From NCBI RefSeq assembly GCF_004010195.1, contig NC_057718.1:7560787-7624786 (forward strand): a stretch of 64,000 nt of DNA, written 5' to 3'. Of the stretch, positions 60,816 through 64,000 are shown in pieces; position 1 is the stretch's first letter, and every line of letters begins with the position of its first letter. The DNA is from Chiloscyllium plagiosum (lineage: Eukaryota). The translations under genes were made by a program, and so were the position numbers. Under the pieces are notes generated by a model. That model was not told where the DNA came from. It searched no databases and saw nothing but the letters and a program-made list of their open reading frames with translations.

Positions 60816-62379
60816 CTTCTGGATGTGACAATAGACCCTTCTTGATGCGGTTGGCTCTGAAATGGCCTGACGAAGATGTGTTCAGGAAAGCAGCCCAATG
60901 ACTGTTTGGGGCTGGCACGGTGCTAGATTTGGAACAATGCCCACATCCCCTGAATGAGGGCAAATTGACCAGATTTTTCTGCTTTCAGCATCAGCTAAGT
61001 GTGAATATTAAGTATGTATGTCAGGGCACCAGGTTCAACTCCCGGAAATCCTTTACACCCTTTGGAAAGGGCAAGCAGTTCCTTGTTTCAATGTCTCAAT
61101 GGAAGATGATGCTTGCAGTGATGCTGCCCGACCTGGCACTGTCGAAACAGCAGCCTAGACTAACAAAGAGGACAACAGTTTGACTTTATCCATTCATTCA
61201 CGGGATGTGGGCATCATTGGCTAGGCCAGCATTTGTTGTCCATTCCTAATGCCCAGAAGGCAGTTAGCAGTCACCACCTTGCTGTGGGTGTGGAGTCACA
61301 TGTAGGCCAGACCAGGTAAGGATGGCAGATTTCCTCCTCAAGTGCAGTAGTGAACCAGATGGGCTTTTCCCCATTGGATGGCAACAGTCCTGGGTTATTG
61401 AAGTTTGACTTTAACTGTGGGCTTTCTATATTTCTACAACGTGATGTAGTTGTCATTTCTTTATTGTCTTTGTCCATTTTACTCTGCTCCACAGTACATA
61501 AAGCTGCTGAAATGTATCCAATCCGATCACTTACTGATTCATGGAACCATAAAGGACATTAGTGAACAAGTCCATGGTGCCAAAATGTTTCTGGAATTTA
61601 AGTTTCTTTGGTTTCAAACCAAAGATGAATTAAATTTCCTTGAAGTGCTGTTGGTTGCGATTCCAAAGTCAGACTCTCTGGATTACGAGCCCCTCCTGAT
61701 CCATTAACGGAGCCAGTTCATCACAGTTTAAGAATTTGAGTGCAGTCCAAGGAAAACAAAAATCTGGAAGTAAAATTTCTCTGGCCCAAAGTAACTTTGC
61801 AGTTGGAGGATTGCAGTTTAAGAAATCCCCAACTGATTGATTGGTGTCCCACAGGGAAGGAAATCTGCCTCCCTTACCCGGGTCCAGACGTCCAGGTGAC
61901 TCCAGTCCCACACAAGCCACCCTCGGAAATGATCGACCAATGACCTTGATTATTCTGGGGCTGACCAAATAAATGCCAGTGGCATGTACACTCTGAAAAT
62001 TAATGCAGAAAACAAAGAGATGGTAAAGTCAGTTGTGGCAACTCATTCGCCCACTTGGTTTGAGTGTTCCATGCGCAGAACAATGTCTGATCACATTATT
62101 CAGGTGACAACTATGTTGCTTGCTAGGGTCTCTCTCTAACTCAGTAAATAGGTGACTTTGACTCTAATTGACATAACTTGAGAATTTCCTCAGGTTTAAC
62201 AGGATGGTAACCATGTCCTGCATATCGTTCTGAGCATCCCAAGAGGCTTTTTTTGGGAGCATGCAGGTGGTGTTTCCATTTTATTTGGCAACTGCGCTCA
62301 ATCTTTGCCAAGTGGACTCCATTTCCAAGGCTGGAGGTTTGAATCTGTTGAAGAACATTGTTAGCCGCTGGTAAGGCAA

Positions 62380-62832
62380 TGGCCTTGAGGTAGAGCATTA
62401 ACCCTGTGACCCTGGGGGTCCCATTTTCAAATCCCACCACGCAGATGGTAAAATTTGAATTCAACGAGAAAAGATCTGGAGTTAAGATTTTAGTGATGAC
62501 CACAAAATCATTCCTGAATGTTAGGAGAAAACACATCTGGTGATCTCAAGAAGGAGGTTTTGTGGCTAAAGAGATTGTGGGACATGAGGGGAAGCAGAGG
62601 TAATGGAATTGAGTTTGATGATCAGCCATGATCATATTGAATGGGGGAAGCAGGCTTGAGGGTTGAATGGCCTAAACCTGCCCTTTTGGGAAGGAAATCT
62701 GCCATCCTTACCTGATCTGGCCTACATGTGACATCACATGCACATCAATGTAATTGACTGTTAACTGCCCTCTGGGCAATAAATGCTGGCCCAGCCACTG
62801 ACATCAACATCCTGTGAATGAATAAAGAAAAA
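62380..62832 (+). mobile_element. SINE-Z interrupted by a CR1 3' UTR fragment (~62550-62685)
   Basis: Head at ~62380-62545, body and tail at ~62687-62832. Confidence 0.7.
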
Positions 62833-62891
62833 GGAGTCTTTCTGTTTTGTTATCTTCCATCGTGTAGCTCCATACCAGTAGCAGCAGTATG

Positions 62892-63545
62892 GAGTCATAG
62901 AGCCGTACAGCATGGAAACAGACCCATTGGTCCAACTTGTCCATGTTGACTAGATATCCTAAATTAATCTAGTCCTGTTTGCCAGCACTTGGCCCATTTC
63001 CCTCTAAACCCTTCCTATTCATATACCCATCCATATGCATTTTAATTGTTGTCATTGTACCAGCCTCCACCACTTCCTCTGGCAGCACATTCCATACACA
63101 CACCACTCTCTGCGTGAAAAAGTTACCCTTAAGTCCCTTTTAAATCTTTCCCCTCTCCCCTTAAACCTATGCCCCGCTAGTTCTGGACTCCCATGACCTG
63201 GGGAAAAAAAGACCTGGTTATTCAACCTATCAATGCTCCTTATGATTGTATAAACCTCTAGAAGGCCACCCCCTCAGCCTCTGACAGTTCAGGAAAACAC
63301 CCTTTCTCTAATCAAGGATAAGAGGCCAGCACAACATTGAGATTCGAAGGGCCTGTACTGTGCTGTACTGTTCTATGTTCTATCCAGCCTCTCCCTATAG
63401 CTGAAACCCTCCACCCTGGCAACATCCTTGTAAATCTTTCCTGAACCCTTTCAAGTTTCACAACATCCTTCCTACAGCAGGGAGACCAGAATTGCACGCA
63501 ATATTCCAACAGTGGCCGAACCAATGTCTTGTGCAGCCGCAACAT
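62892..63545 (-). mobile_element. HER1-like LINE with a small plus-strand CR1 tail insert (~63313-63383)
   Basis: Minus ORF LRLHKTLVRPLLEYCVQFWSP..LERVQERFTRMLPG. The insert ends gaagggcctgtactgtgctgtactgttctatgttcta. Confidence 0.85.
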
Positions 63546-64000
63546 GTAGTGGAAAAGTCTCGATCAGTTAGATGCTATAAACTTCCATAAACACAGAGAT
63601 GTTTTATTTTAAGTGATAACTAAAAGTTTTTATTGTTTTGGGACGAGTCTCTACTTGGTGTAACTTCAGAGTCCACCACCTGGACTTTTAGCCGCAATCC
63701 GTTCCCTTATCAATCCCAGCATCTCCGATGCCCTTGATGTTGGCAGCGCTGACTCCAGTTTGCTTTCTGATATCGGTTTCAGAAGAATAATTCCTTACAT
63801 CTGTTGTCTTTTTGCAGTAAAACATCTGCCACTTCACAAAACTGCTTTGCAAAGATTCTCACATGGAAACGAGATGATGTGTTTGTGATGGTTACAGAAA
63901 AGTTAGCAAATTTCTTTTCACTTGGGAGATGTGGAGACCAGAACAAGGGGTGTCATCTGAAAATCACTGCTGAGAGATGATGTTAGCAAGCGGAAGGCAG

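Overview
Repeat-dominated vertebrate DNA, most likely a shark (inferred from HE1-type SINEs, HER1/CR1 LINEs and Deu-domain SINEs), with four assembly gaps. I see no intact host protein-coding gene. Nearly all ORFs in the track are retroelement fragments, antisense reads of them, or repeat and gap artefacts. Three isolated plus-strand segments with good splice signals (13958-14019, 31628-31722, ~58535-58587) and several repeat-free islands suggest the window lies in the long 5' introns of a large plus-strand gene, which I cannot name. The most notable structure is a dense population of Penelope-like (PLE) derived elements carrying minimal hammerhead ribozyme (HHR) cores (CTGA[T/A]GA-A-stem II-GAAAC-GT[C/T]). 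These include a 697-bp unit with two direct-repeat HHRs and a perfect 14-bp target-site duplication (retrozyme-like), about ten 100-400-bp fold-back or solo insertions, several with their own TSDs, and two GIY-YIG endonuclease relics. A second observation is a LINE whose 5' end matches the tRNA-like head of an abundant SINE and whose 3' end matches that SINE's tail. Family names come from recognition only, no database search was run, and boundaries of decayed repeats are approximate.
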